Assembly: GCF_022539665.2 (NCBI RefSeq)
Contig: NC_081331.1
Coordinates: 7,874,001-7,938,000, forward strand
DNA: 64,000 nucleotides
Direction of reading: 5' to 3'
Source of the DNA: Daphnia carinata
Taxonomy: Eukaryota
The notes below the pieces were generated by a model. That model made no database searches, had not been told where the DNA came from, and saw nothing but the letters and a program-made list of their open reading frames with translations. Positions 1 through 12,362 of the stretch are shown in pieces. Positions within the stretch are counted from its first letter, which is position 1; the number at the start of each line of letters is the position of its first letter. The translations under genes and the position numbers were made by a program.

Positions 1-2
1 GG

Positions 3-797
3 GGTTGCCTTTGGTCAACTTCCGCTTTCATTCCAGAGTGGATCAATGGAGATCTACAGAACCTATTCAATGGCACTCAAAACGTAATTGAGCAAATGGC
101 TGAAACTTATCTTATGCGCATAGCCATTCGAAGAGAAGCTATTGATCTTTTAGCATCCAACAGTATACCATACGAAGTAACTCGCCTTCTCGATCGCTTA
201 CTTTGTTTATCCAAAGCTGTCCTTTCCTCTCGTTCTTTCCAAAGTGACCGAATAATTGACGGATACACTGTTAGGGGAAAAGTAACCAAAAGACGATTAG
301 TGGCGGAAGAAGTTGTAGATTTAAAAAATTTCTTACGCACGTCAAATACTATGTCACAGCGGAACAGAATTGAGTTAAATGGTCAGGAAGATTACGTATT
401 TTATTCGAAAGTTAAATTGAAGACAGGAGGCTTTTTCACCACAAGTAGGTATGCTAAGTCCCCAAAGCGATCGAATTTTTATGCTTTATTGCATAATTGG
501 GAATTTTTCCTAATAGAAAACATATGTGTGGTCGAAAATCTCGCTTCGTTTGTTGGACCACCAATTTTTCTGTTTGGACACGAACTCGGAACGGTCCGAA
601 AGGACATATTTTTTCCCCATCGGGTGGGTTCCATAGTGTTAGATAAATTAGCCGGGCAAACCACAATGCTGGTGGGTAAGGGGAAAGAACTTGTTGCAGT
701 TTGTGTCGATAGCGCAAGGAAGAAGTGCGTCGCATTGATTGAAACATATGATACTATAGTGCTTACTGCCATCGCTAATCCTTTTGAAACAGACTGA
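3..797 (+). CDS. EnSpm/CACTA-superfamily transposase, C-terminal part (continues off the left edge)
   Basis: Frame is open from base 3. It reads GCLWSTSAFIPEWINGDLQNLFNGTQNVIEQM, which fits the G-x-LW-x2-S-x-F-x2-E-x2-NG-x-L...GT-x2-V-x2-Q motif of animal EnSpm transposases. Stop at 795-797. Confidence 0.7.
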   Translation, partial: GCLWSTSAFIPEWINGDLQNLFNGTQNVIEQMAETYLMRIAIRREAIDLLASNSIPYEVTRLLDRLLCLSKAVLSSRSFQSDRIIDGYTVRGKVTKRRLVAEEVVDLKNFLRTSNTMSQRNRIELNGQEDYVFYSKVKLKTGGFFTTSRYAKSPKRSNFYALLHNWEFFLIENICVVENLASFVGPPIFLFGHELGTVRKDIFFPHRVGSIVLDKLAGQTTMLVGKGKELVAVCVDSARKKCVALIETYDTIVLTAIANPFETD

Positions 798-1149
798 TTT
801 TAATTATTTCCGATACATAAATAACTAGTTACTGTAATTTTTTCCTGTCGTTTTCGTGTGTGCATAGCAATAAAAGTTGAATGACATTCACATCTGCTAC
901 CGCTTTTCAAAGATCATATTTACAATACAGGTAAGAGCCAAGTATACTTAATTATAGGAGTTGTATCGAAATTTCCAAAAAAGACGTTGCAACGATGGAT
1001 TACTTAAAAAACTTGAAAAATCGATATGTTGTCTGCTAGGAGCATCATTAGGTCACTCATATGAACTCGTGAGAGGTAAGGTCATTGTTCAATGTATTCT
1101 GCTAGTGTAGCTGTTTAGTTAATTCGTTTTTTTTTTTACAACGACTGCA

Positions 1150-3009
1150 GGTAAGATGGCAAAAGGACAGTCTAGCGAAAGTATTCATGCAGGGGCTGTT
1201 CTTCACGTGCTCTTCAGATTGCCTTGCAAAACTATGATAAGTACAAGTGACAGCATTCGAGAACTGAAGAAATGCAAGCGAAGAACAATGACCACTCTGA
1301 TAAGTAGGTTAACCAGTTGGAGGGACGAAAAGACAGCTGTGTCAGTAGAGTAAGTAATTAATTGTAGAAATGTAATTACATGCAGGTATTCTAATTCCCT
1401 TTCATGTACTTCCAGGTTGACAGAGAATGAACATCCGAGGACATCAACTCAATTTCACCCAGTTTTTGAATCTGCGACCATATTATTTTTTGCTGGGAAG
1501 AACTTTTGTATTATTTTTGAGTTTCATTCTAAAATTCTTGTGATTTTTGTCATTTGTAGAATCTGTAGCTGACCTTTTGATTCACAAAGCAGAAATTGAT
1601 GCCGGTCATGTTGCAAGGAAAACAGTACCAGCAGCAAAAGCCACTGACGATAGCAGTGATGAAGAACCACCAGTGTCACCAATCAAGCGTACTAGAAGGT
1701 CGTTACAGGGAACAAGTGATATCGACAGGTCGTTCCAAGGTAAAAGTCCCAGTTCAACTATGCTATTGTGCATCGGTTAATGTATAGGTGCTAGTAGGCG
1801 TTTGCTAATTGTTTTTCTATTGCAGATATGTTTGAACAACTATCCAGTTCAGATTCTGAGGAAGATACCAATGGGCAAAGAGTGCTGTCGCCAACTGAAG
1901 GAATTGAAGAAAGAGGTTGCAATTCGCATCGCACTGGAAGCTTTCCGAAGATTGGTGAAAAACAAGCAAAATAATTCTTTAATTAATGTGTTACAATATT
2001 CTAATTCCATGTTTATGAAACTATAGAACCGTGATGGGCAAAGCCTTGATATTGATGAACTTCTACAGCTCAGAAGACAGGTGCAAGAATACAAACTAAA
2101 GTTCCAGCAAGTAGAAAAGGCTATGCATAAACAGAAGATGGATGAAGCACGTCTAATAGAAGAAATTAAGAGGATAAATGATTTACTTCATATAAATCCT
2201 GGTCAACAGCTAGCTGCACTAGTTTTTCGTAAGTATTTATTTACTTTATATGTCCTAGGTCTGTGTTGTTATTGTAAATCTAATAATTCATCTTGTAAAT
2301 TTAGACATTAATGGATGTCTTGAGGAGTTGAAGACAACTTTAGACGACTCCCGTCAACACAGTCGAGACCTTCAACAGCTTTTGGAAACACAGAAAAAAT
2401 CGGATTCGTTGCCTGGTAATTCAGGATCGCGAAAAGTGCAAGATGCTAAGCAGGTATAAAACCAATTTGTATAAGCCCTGACATTTATTAATGTAAACGT
2501 ATTCGTTTGGCAGTACCTAGTTAATGGTATGTCGTTGAAGATAAATGAAGCTGACTTAAAGTTAGCTGTATCATATGGCAGTGTCGGAAATGGTGATTCT
2601 AACATGAGGTCCATGATCAACAAAATAATGGAGTCGGTGTACACACGAGAATTCATGGCAACCCATTCCTACACAGGGAAGAAAGCTCCGGCAAATAGAC
2701 AGAACAGTGAACACCAACCAAAACCAGCTCTGCCAATTGACGACGTCAAAGCAATTCGTTGTAAGAATGTTTATTTTATTTCAAAATTTATAAATGTCTA
2801 TAATTCGCTACTTATTTACAGTATTTGTCACTTCGTATTGGGCAAGAAAACACAAAGTGACGTTAAACCCAAAACTAATTACAATGGCAATGCAAGACAA
2901 ACTTGGAACGGAGCATAGGGAGTACAAAAGGCTTGCACGAAGGGTGCAAGATCAAAGAAGCAGCGATGACGCCCTTGAACTAGCCAATACGACGGACGAT
3001 AGTAATTAA
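1150..3009 (+). CDS. Multi-exon BEN-domain protein, probable second ORF of the EnSpm element (5' exons uncertain)
   Basis: The last exons 2514-2760 and 2822-3009 splice in frame (GT-AG) to MRSMINKIMESVYTREFMATHSYTGKK...KPALPIDDVKAIRLFVTSYW...LITMAMQDKLGTEHR, a BEN-like pattern. Upstream exons look acidic or coiled-coil. Confidence 0.6.
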
Positions 3010-4033
3010 ATAAAATATTTGTGGCTCCCCAACTAAGAAGTGTTACATCTCTGAGAGGAAAGATTTTATATGGGTAAATGCCCTCTTTATGTTTTCGTTT
3101 CCAGTCAGTTTTAATGGCTTGTTTCGGCCTTGTTTCCCTCACTTACTTTTCTCAGCCGTTACTGTTATCGGGGATTGTAAATGTCCAATATGTTTTGCAT
3201 TTTATTGCCATATCGTTTATCGCAAAGACAATTTTATGTTGTTCGTATTCAGTCAAAACGGCACATGTAAGGCTCTCAGCCGATTCTGAATTTCATTTTT
3301 TTTAACACAACAGTGATTTATTGTTTCCCTGGCCGACTACCATGAAAAATGTTCACAAAGAAATTACACAGAATAACATTTGAAATTTTCTGTTAATACT
3401 AACTATAAATATAATACAACGAGGAGTAAGCAACCTGATAACTACTCCTAAATTACGACTGGAAACTTGTTTGTTCTCTCCACGGTGTGCTGGGATTGTA
3501 AATTATCGTTATAGAAATCAGTGATGTAAACTGCTTGGGCACACGATGTTAAAATTCATGTTGACAGGCCGTTGAATATCTCCGTATAGTAACCAGTAAA
3601 AAATAATACCGTATCGGTTCAAATATAGGTTTCATTTTCACAACCGGCAACGGGTTGTATGACCCACAAAAAATCTGCCGCTTACTCACTAACTGCCGGT
3701 TATTTTTTTCCTAAGGGTAAGAAGGCTTTTAAAGAAGTTCTTTCAAGCATTTTCCGTGGATTCCACTCGTTCTTTTCAATTTTTTTGTTGGTCTTTCAAC
3801 TTTTACGTCATTTTCTTCTACGGTGATGCCGTCAAACACATTTTGAAGACAACCTTTTTCTACAACTTTTTCAACTCTTTTGAAGAGCAAAACACAGAAA
3901 AAGATAAGCTTTGTAATTCACTCGTTCCAGCGGTAGTTTCCATATACTCCTTAAAAGATAAAGAAGAGGCAAAAGCATTTTCCTCTGTGTCTTCAATATT
4001 GGAATTTTTATTTTTTCCTAAGAACAAACGATG

Positions 4034-4133
4034 NNNNNNNNNNNNNNNNNNNNNNNNNNNNNNNNNNNNNNNNNNNNNNNNNNNNNNNNNNNNNNNNNNN
4101 NNNNNNNNNNNNNNNNNNNNNNNNNNNNNNNNN
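4034..4133. other. Assembly gap (100 N)
   Basis: Run of 100 N. Adjacency across it is not guaranteed. Confidence 1.
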
Positions 4134-4745
4134 GCTCCCAAAGGCCATACAGAGGTAAGTTGTAGCTCCTTAATTGTTCCGACCTATTGCAAATAATAAA
4201 AAATATATTTAAAGGTAACGACGATGGCGTGTGGATCGTGCTCAAACGAAAATGCGTACAAGGCAATTTTCGTTTGGTATCGCCGGAAACAGAGGGGAGA
4301 TAAGTCATATACCCCAGAGGAGAAAACGAGTTGCGTAATGAACCAATTGCCTGGTGTTTCTGACCTGACTGTTATGTCTTTCAAAGGTATTTAGAAACAC
4401 ATTACAATGTTGAATCAATATTAAATTAAAGCCTTTGCTCTGTTACAAAAGGCGCTTTCCACAACAGAACGTTTGGTACGTTAATCACGACTCATACCAA
4501 GCCAGTCCATAAACTGGACATTCCTACAAAGGACTGGCCAATTGGAACCTTCCCTCGCCACAAGGTTAGTTTTAAAATTTCAATTAGGCTCAAACTATTA
4601 CCTGATCTCATATTTCTTGTAATTTTAGTATCCGTTGGAAGTATTTGTGCGTGAAAATGAGGAAGAAGATCGTCGCTGTTTGGCGGAAGTTGAAGAGCTT
4701 TTTGATCGGTACAACAATATAAATAATATGCTTACCTGGATTTAG
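4134..4745 (+). pseudogene. ABAT: 4-aminobutyrate aminotransferase (GABA-T) internal fragment with introns, 3'-truncated
   Basis: Exons 4134-4154, 4215-4386, 4452-4564 and 4629-4745 splice to [29 protein letters not shown]...[69 protein letters not shown]. Unrelated sequence and a stop follow. Confidence 0.9.
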
Positions 4746-4859
4746 TCAAATCGAAGAAGTTTTTTTTGAATTTTTTGTTTAATTATTTGTATTTTGTAAA
4801 AATAAATGATATGTAAATCAATTACCAAAAATTTATGGTTTTATTTTAATTTAAACAAA

Positions 4860-5163
4860 TTTTCTTGCGTCCTTTGGCTGCCGCGATCCGGACATTCCGC
4901 GGATGTTCCAATACGTACGTTCACTGAACGTACGGATTTGCCATCCTGCAGACGTCCAACTAAGGACGTCCGTAGTACTCCCAAATAAGGACGTTACCAG
5001 GACTTCCAATTAATTACGTCCGTAGGACGTCCTCCAGTGGACGTCCCTAAAACCGGACATTAGGACATCCTGGTGACGTACATCTGCCGTCAGAATGGGA
5101 CGTCCCGATCGGCCAGCCAGGACGTAGATTAGATGTCCCTGGGACGGACAAAGGCTAGTAGGG
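4860..5163 (+). mobile_element. Transposon right end with dense GGACGTCC-type subterminal repeats (EnSpm-like)
   Basis: About a dozen perfect or degenerate palindromic GGACGTCC motifs, ending ...GGCTAGTAGGG followed by TA. Confidence 0.65.
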
Positions 5164-6227
5164 TATGTATGTGCTATAATCTTTTTATTTAAGGAAGGCA
5201 AGCCAGCATATGTCATCCAATTTCAGGGGGAAAGCAGGACTCTGATAAAATGAAAACTCAACTTAAACGGAAGTTAGATAAGTTGGAGAAGAAGAAACTA
5301 AACAAACAAAGGAAAAATAACAGATGCCAAGGTAAACTTTGATTTCGACAAAAAAAAAATAGACCTTCAACTAATTTTACTTTTCTGTATTATAACATAA
5401 AAGAATACTAAGCGCAATAGGTTAAAAAAAAAATGTGGAATTCATTGCGAGCTTGATAAACCAATTAGGAAAGAGAATAAAATCAACATCACAAACGAGA
5501 AAAAAGTTGGTTGAACGCATCGAAGAACAAGAAAAGAGAAAGGAACAACAACAGAAAAGGGATAAATCAACATTAAGAAAACGAAAAATGAAAGGAAAGC
5601 ATAAACTGAATAAACTAGCGAAAAAAACAAACTTATCGTAAGAATTGCCGATATTGACATGGATGAGCTGCCTCGTGTGCCATTATTTACAAGCCGTGCC
5701 ATGATAGTTTTGTATAACAATACACTGGCATGCCTTCCATGATCCGAGCGGAACTCATTATTTTCGTTCTTGCCACGTAGGTCTCTATTTATGGTTTTGC
5801 GGCAAATATTTTTTTTATTAAAAAATGTGCTTGTCTTAAATTATATATATATAATTTTTTAAATTATTTATCAGTGTATTAAGGAGTACTTAGGGGAAAG
5901 CATGCCCCTCGTCTCCGGGAATTCGCATGGAATAAGGATATCAGCCAGAGGGGAGGGCGATACTAGGACTGAAAACGCCACTAACGAAAGGTCAAGGGCA
6001 AAAAACCAAACACTGTGTCAAAATAAATATAACTTTTATACATGAGCTGTGTAAAGCAATAGATAATGCGTGTAATCACGCAAAAAAAATACAAATATGA
6101 TTTTAAATAAAAAAGTTATGATGGACTGATTACACGAGCAATTGATAACGTGGTTTGGAGTGCGGAAAACTACATAAACCATCCGGTTCTTCCTTTACAA
6201 TAGTGGGCATTAGGGCTATTTTCTAAA

Positions 6228-6424
6228 GAGAATTAAGACCAAAACTAAGGAGAAATAGGACCAATACTAAGAAGAAATAGGATCCTTATGATGGAGAAAT
6301 AGGACCCTTCAAAATATGTTTGAAGATTGGGTCCTAATTCTCCGGGTCCTATTTCTCCACGTTCTATTATGGGGTCCTAAATCTCCGGGTCCTATTTCTC
6401 CAGGTCCTATTTCTCCGGCAATCA
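6228..6424. repeat. Inverted array of GGAGAAATAGGACC / GGTCCTATTTCTCC motifs, probable DNA-transposon terminus
   Basis: 3-4 forward copies then about 5 reverse copies, ending ...CTCCGGCAATC exactly where identity to the repeated module begins (6425). Confidence 0.6.
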
Positions 6425-9097
6425 TATTTTTTAAACAGAAGAGTCAGAAGGGGTGAAATTGTTAAATGGTAATTATGGCCAACAGATATTGATTAATGCT
6501 TTTTAGTTTGTGGTTCCGAACTGAATGACAATTTCTATTTATACAATACTTTTACTGCAACCTTTATATTTCGTTCACGTCTGGAAATGAGACGACCGAA
6601 ACAAGGAGCCGAGGGCGTAAATGTCCCAAAGACTGTTCAAGAAAGTCACACACAAAAGGTAAACACTTGACAAACAATATTAATAATATAAGAAATGCGT
6701 TCATACGAAATCCAACCAAATTTCCTTAACGCAAACTTACAACACGAGAATAACCTTACATTAATCCAGAACAAAACCACACAAGAAATGTGAAGAGCAC
6801 TTGTCAAATATAACCGTTCACGATCAAGCCACGCGAAAAAGAGAGGGATTGCCAGCTTAGACAGCTGACACTTCCGGCAAGCGCCATCTGGCGTTCATTA
6901 CAACAACATTTAGAAAAGTATATAGATAATAATAGGATGCCATCTGGCGCTGGAAATCAAGACTACTGTTTTTCTAACTTATCAATAATAACAACATGAG
7001 CATTACAAGAAGAGGAAACACGTCACCTAGTGCTGAACTTTAGAACTACTTATTTCTATTTGGGACTAATCGTTACACGCCATCTCCTCCTCCCCGGAGG
7101 TTTGAGATGTCGAAGCAATTGTATTTCTTTGATTAGTGCTTAAGTCTAACTTAATTGGCCATAATGAAAAGAAAAATTGGAAAATCTTAATCGTTATCCC
7201 ACACAAAAAAAAAAAAAAAACAAGCAAAAAAAAACAAAACAAAACAAAAATCAGTACGATTGACACGAAACACCATTATTTTAAAGTACTATTCTGGTGT
7301 CATTTCTGTCAACAAGGTAAATAGGTTTCTTGTACATGTTTTCTGAAAACGTAATTGTGTTAATTATTTTTTTTTGTCTTTTAGTTCATTAAAGGGACAT
7401 ACTATGTCTGAACAATGTAGATGTGAAGATACTAAGAGGAACGAGGAGTTAGGCAAGATAGGTACGTTGTTCGTCAACTAGGTAAATGCATGTTTTTTTT
7501 TATTTTTCAAAATGATTTGGCTAATATTCTATGAAAAAAGGCATGGTGTTTAGTAGGAAATCCATTTTGAAAAGATGGCAATGTCTTAACGATACAGCAA
7601 CAGCGCCAAAGAATCTCTCATTTGCATCAGAACGTGGATCGCTACACTTTCAGTTGATCGTATTTGTTTCTGCTATAATATTCATGAGCGTTTATTCGAT
7701 CATTCTAAACTATGACATGTGTTTTCTTTTGTTGTTTCAAATATTTTAACCTGTCCATCGTCTGCCTAGATGAAGCTTTCTCATCGTAAACATTTTTTTT
7801 TTTCAGAAAATGAGTCTTCTGGAAGAAGAACTTTTGCCACCGAACGATTTGACATCAAACAAATGAATGTATACTTGTGAGTATTGACCAAACAGATGTC
7901 GCGGTTCTTCATTAATCATCAGTCTCATGTTTAATGTGTTCGAAAAAGAAAAACTTCAAATAGTTGGAAAAATGCCAACGTTAAAGACTGTATTGGATGG
8001 TGACGTGACGTGACGTGACGTTACGGCCATCATAACAGTTCCGACATTTGTGTCACATGGGGAAGAGAAACATTTTGACCCGTAATGATGCATCACTCGT
8101 GTCAATTGCACTAAAACCCTATAATCTTTTTTTTTTTTCTTAAAATCTTTTTAAACATACTGAATAGTAAAAAATGTCATTGAAAATATTATCCTCTATT
8201 TCTGCGGCTCGAAAAATCTTTTCTCGTCCTGCGAATGGTATTATTTTAAAATTAATTACACACCTGATTGTTACATTGAGTTAATTGTATTTTTTTTTCT
8301 GTATCACGATACGGCGATTTTTTTTCCTACTTCGTCTTACGCAACTATCTTCAGCTACACAATCATGGCAAATGACTGTCAATGGCATTAACAACCCATG
8401 ATTACTTTGTAATTTTTGTATTATTAATTATTAGGAAACATTTATACATCACACACATTTTATTACAACTGACACATTTACATAATTGACACCAGAAACA
8501 TACACACACACATGACACCAATTACACTTTCTGCAACTATTGGGTATTAAACCCTAATATTCGGCATAGCTTGCCGATACTCAACCATTGAGCTATAGTC
8601 ACATATAATTTCAGTCTCGTATACCTTGAGTCAACGCACGATCATTTTGTATAGTCAATGTTTTCTTCTTGCTATGCTATTTGCCAGTCTGATCAGCGAC
8701 TGTATAACTATCATAGCTTATTTGTAAAGCGTCTGGCTGCGGGTATCAACATACTAAGGTTGAAACCCAGTTCGATGCTCAACCTTGGACTAAATTCACA
8801 CATGAATTCTCTCTTCTATAGCTTGAGTCATAATATTATTATATAGTCAATGTATCTCATCTCGATATGCTATTTGTTAGTCTCCTTTCTTATGGTGTAA
8901 ATACCGCAGATTATACGTAGAAAGTCCGCTTTTGACTTCAGTAATTGCTCACACAGGAATAACACAGTTTTGCACACACAATCAGATTGGTTGAGCACCA
9001 AACTGATCTTGGTACTTTTATCTCGATTGTTTTCACCTGTTTCACTTCACGTTGAGGGGAAGCACACGTGCACTGTGGGAGCTTGTGGTAGTTCTCT

Positions 9098-11017
9098 CTA
9101 TGGATTAATGCAACGGTTTATTTGTATCTGGACTGCTGGAACTGCCGATTGCACAACCGCCAGACTAATATTTGAAATTGCTAATTCTTCAATCGCGGCT
9201 GTTACATCATTATTGGATCCCAATTCTTCGTTTTTTTCTCCTGAAAATGAACGAAAACCAGTAAATAAAAGATCTATGTAGTAGATCAAATTGTCCTAAT
9301 GATAGTATTGAATAAGAATAAAAAAGCGAGACGAAAAACACAACAACTTAAACGATAATCTGGGAATGAAATCCCAAACCGAATGCTGACCTATTGAAGC
9401 TAAGAGGATCATTGAAGGAATTATCACCAAGTCTGTTGAAGTTGTCCATCATGACTACTGCTGGCGATGACTGAGGCAACGGAAGGTCAAATTTGGCTTC
9501 GATTTCCCTTAAACTAGGCGGAATGATGACCTCAGCGCGAGTTTCCGAGTATTCTTCCTCTGCATAAATATTGGCAGCGGTGCCCAAAAGAAGAATAATC
9601 AATCCGCACACGAACAGTACCTAACGCACGGAGAATTCTTTAGTTATTGCGAGTGACAAAATTCTTCGAAGACCCACTTTGGCAATCCAGCGTTCACCAG
9701 AAGTCGATGGGACAACTTGCAGATAAATCCACGCAGGCGCAACACAACAAACTGCCGTTCCTGAAGTGGCACCCACCAGACCTAAAACGAACTCGACATT
9801 CGGAATGCAGATACCAACAGACACCAATCGACATTTATATTTTCTTTTTCATCTTATTGTACTAGATTTCAATAAACTTTACCTATTATTAAGGTTGCCG
9901 TGACGATTATGAATGTCAGGATTTTGAAACGGAAATCCGAAAGTGAGCCGGTTGTTCCTCCTGACATCCCGCCACTAGTTTCAGACGTCTGAAGGGATTC
10001 CTCAACTTAAAAAACAAACAAAAGCAAACACTTTGGCATAACGATTACATCATCAATGAATTAACGCTTTACCTTTCCATACACTAATGAATGAAAGCTT
10101 GTCCTGCAGGGCAAAACACACGACGGAAAGCTCAAGATAATCGATAGCAGGAATCCCACTTTCATAAGGTCAGTTACAAAAGACGGCGCAAAACTTATGA
10201 GGATATTGCCTAGTCGAGACAAAATATGACCCAATGAAATTCGTCAGATTTTCCTAGGCAAAAAGTTTACAATATGTTGACTTGCCAGTAAAATGCGTAT
10301 CCGCAAAGGCTAGGTAGCCAGCTATTCCTACCCCCATGTACATAAAAGTGCACAAATCAATGGCTGTCGATATTACTCGATCCATTGCTTTTAGGGAAGG
10401 TTCTGGTATACTTCGAACACCTGCCTATGCATTTAAAAAGCTGATCATTAAATCTGGCATTCTCCTTGTCAATTTAAATATTTCCACTCACGTTTGGCAT
10501 CATAAAGCCATGGAAAATATCGGTACGCATTGGAGTACACCCCCTATTTTCCATACTTCAATATTTGAAGACATTCCTTCGGTTAGGCCCTGGACACCAG
10601 CCTCAAAGAAGGACTGAAAAAGAGAAAAAAATCTGTCATAACTGCACTGTTATTTTGGTAGCATACTTCATGTAGAAGGATGCATAAAACATAATTAAGG
10701 GCAGGGAATCATGTACATGCTTTCAAAACCAATAACATGTACTACATAGCCACAGAAACTGTTGACACTACATCCAATGTTTCAATATCTCTCAAGAGGC
10801 ACAGAGGTATATGATGAACATGCCATTTCCTGTATGATTAAGTTATATATTTTAGAACCTTATGGAAATAATATCACTGGCATCCAGTAGAGAGCTTACC
10901 TGCCATAAGAATAAGTATTCGTGCTGACTGCAAGGAGTAATTTACACCTATTTTGATTAATATTTCTGGACCGAGATCGCCAAGTACAACCAGATAGGCA
11001 ATGCAGCAGCCCAGATA
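9098..11017 (-). pseudogene. SLC38A10: SLC38A10-like amino-acid transporter fragment with introns, 5'-truncated (copy 1)
   Basis: Exons give YLGCCIAYLVVLGDLGPE, GVLQCVPIFSMALCCQT/QVFEVY, GNILISF...FPSCVLPCR, FRFKILTF and IPNVEFVLGLVGATSG. There are stops and frameshifts. Assignment of the distal exon (9098-9240) is uncertain. Confidence 0.8.
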
Positions 11018-11250
11018 ATGGCTATTTCCTCATTTCGCCCTTAGATTTTTATATGTTAAGGAAATGCTTAAATATTCGGCAGAGATAGGAGTTTCGGTTT
11101 GACAGTTTTTATTTTAATTATTGAAAAAATAGCCAAAAAGGTTGCGCTAAGCACTTGACTGACATACTAGTATCCTCCAGACCTGCCCCGATGGAGATCA
11201 TATTGCTGTACTATATGATCCCCATCTCGCATCAGCTGATAGCTCTTACA

Positions 11251-12204
11251 TCTCTATTCAGTTCTGCATTGGAATGGGGGCCAATGATTGGTGGACCAAT
11301 CATTGTGGGTGCCATCATCATCATACCAACGCTTGACGTTTCGAGTTGTAATTGCTTACAGACTCTTGGTACTAGTTCCCAACATTGGGAGGGTACCATA
11401 CCCAGTCATTGTTCAAGTGCCGCTACGTTAAAGATGTTCACGCAACTATTATATACCGTGAATGACGACCCCAAACCATGTTGATAACGCTAGCGGGCAT
11501 TTTCCGTCTTAAACTAATTCTCATTTAAATTCAGTGAAACTATTGCACAATGTAATAAATGAACTGTATTCAGAAAATAGTGATAAACAACATCCAAGGT
11601 AATTATAAACAAAACACTTGAGTAAATGTTTAAAATTTTCAATTATTATGTAGCACTCACGAATTAGGGCGTGGCATCACGCACCGTTAATGACATGCAA
11701 GAATACTCCATATCACCTTGCGGCCGATTTTGGCACTAGTGCATTCATGCATTGGCTTGGTGCTATTCTAGTTGTGAAGGGAAAGTAAGTTAAAGCTAAT
11801 GTAGGTTTGTCATTATTTATTTTTTGCATTCATATCCAAACGTATAAGTAGCCCTGCATGCAGCTCATCGCGTCTGTTGGGCCATAATACTTTAACAATC
11901 ACGGTTTCTAAATTTCCGCTTTGGAAAACAATGACCTTATGCCACATTCCCAGGACTTATCAAGTCTAGTTGATAATGGTTGTTCGTAATTACAATCCAT
12001 TCAGTTGTCACCATGAATATTCCACAAAGGATTTTTTGAACGTTAGTTACCTTTTGGGTTATGCGTTAAAGATTGAGTCTACATGTTCAGGTATAATACA
12101 TATGCATATGCATGCAAGTATATACATAAAATACATATGCAAACGTTGAATAATCAAAGAAGTTTGATGTTTCACGCTAGCGCTGTAGCGTACTGGCGCG
12201 CTAG
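11251..12204 (+). mobile_element. Candidate non-autonomous Helitron (copy 1)
   Basis: A|TC 5' start at 11251. 3' hairpin ACGCTA-GCGCTG-TAGCGT (12174-12191) lies 9 nt before CTAG|T. No TSD. The 5' boundary is less certain than the 3'. Confidence 0.55.
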
Positions 12205-12362
12205 TAATGGTTTCGTTTCGCACACACATTTATTTCATATTTTAGATTACTCCAAAAGTATAAACTCTACGTAAAGACAAATTCCATTTTCATGTTCCTT
12301 GAGTAATTTTTAATCAGAATCATCTATAGTTATCTAGATTTAATGCTATTATTTTTTAATAG

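Larger units (their letters stand above)
1..3717 (+). mobile_element. Right part of an EnSpm/CACTA-type DNA transposon
   Basis: Transposase plus accessory ORF, then a putative terminus ...GGTTATTTTTTTCCTAAGGG followed by TA. The left end lies outside the window, so the TIR pair is unverified. Confidence 0.55.

Noticed and set aside
5240..6030. Lys-rich exons with a possible degenerate RING finger
   Set aside because: The Cys/His spacing could not be reconstructed in a consistent frame.
4860..6424. Short repeats with spacers resembling a CRISPR array
   Set aside because: The repeats are 8-14 bp, irregularly spaced and in both orientations, in eukaryotic DNA with no cas genes.
8540..8960. Degenerate TATAGTCA repeats as another transposon end
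   Set aside because: The repeats are too decayed and no clear terminus or partner was found.
11155..11484. 109-aa ORF repeated in five module copies
   Set aside because: It starts at TTG, spans the Helitron boundary and is frameshifted in two copies. Recurrence reflects duplication only.
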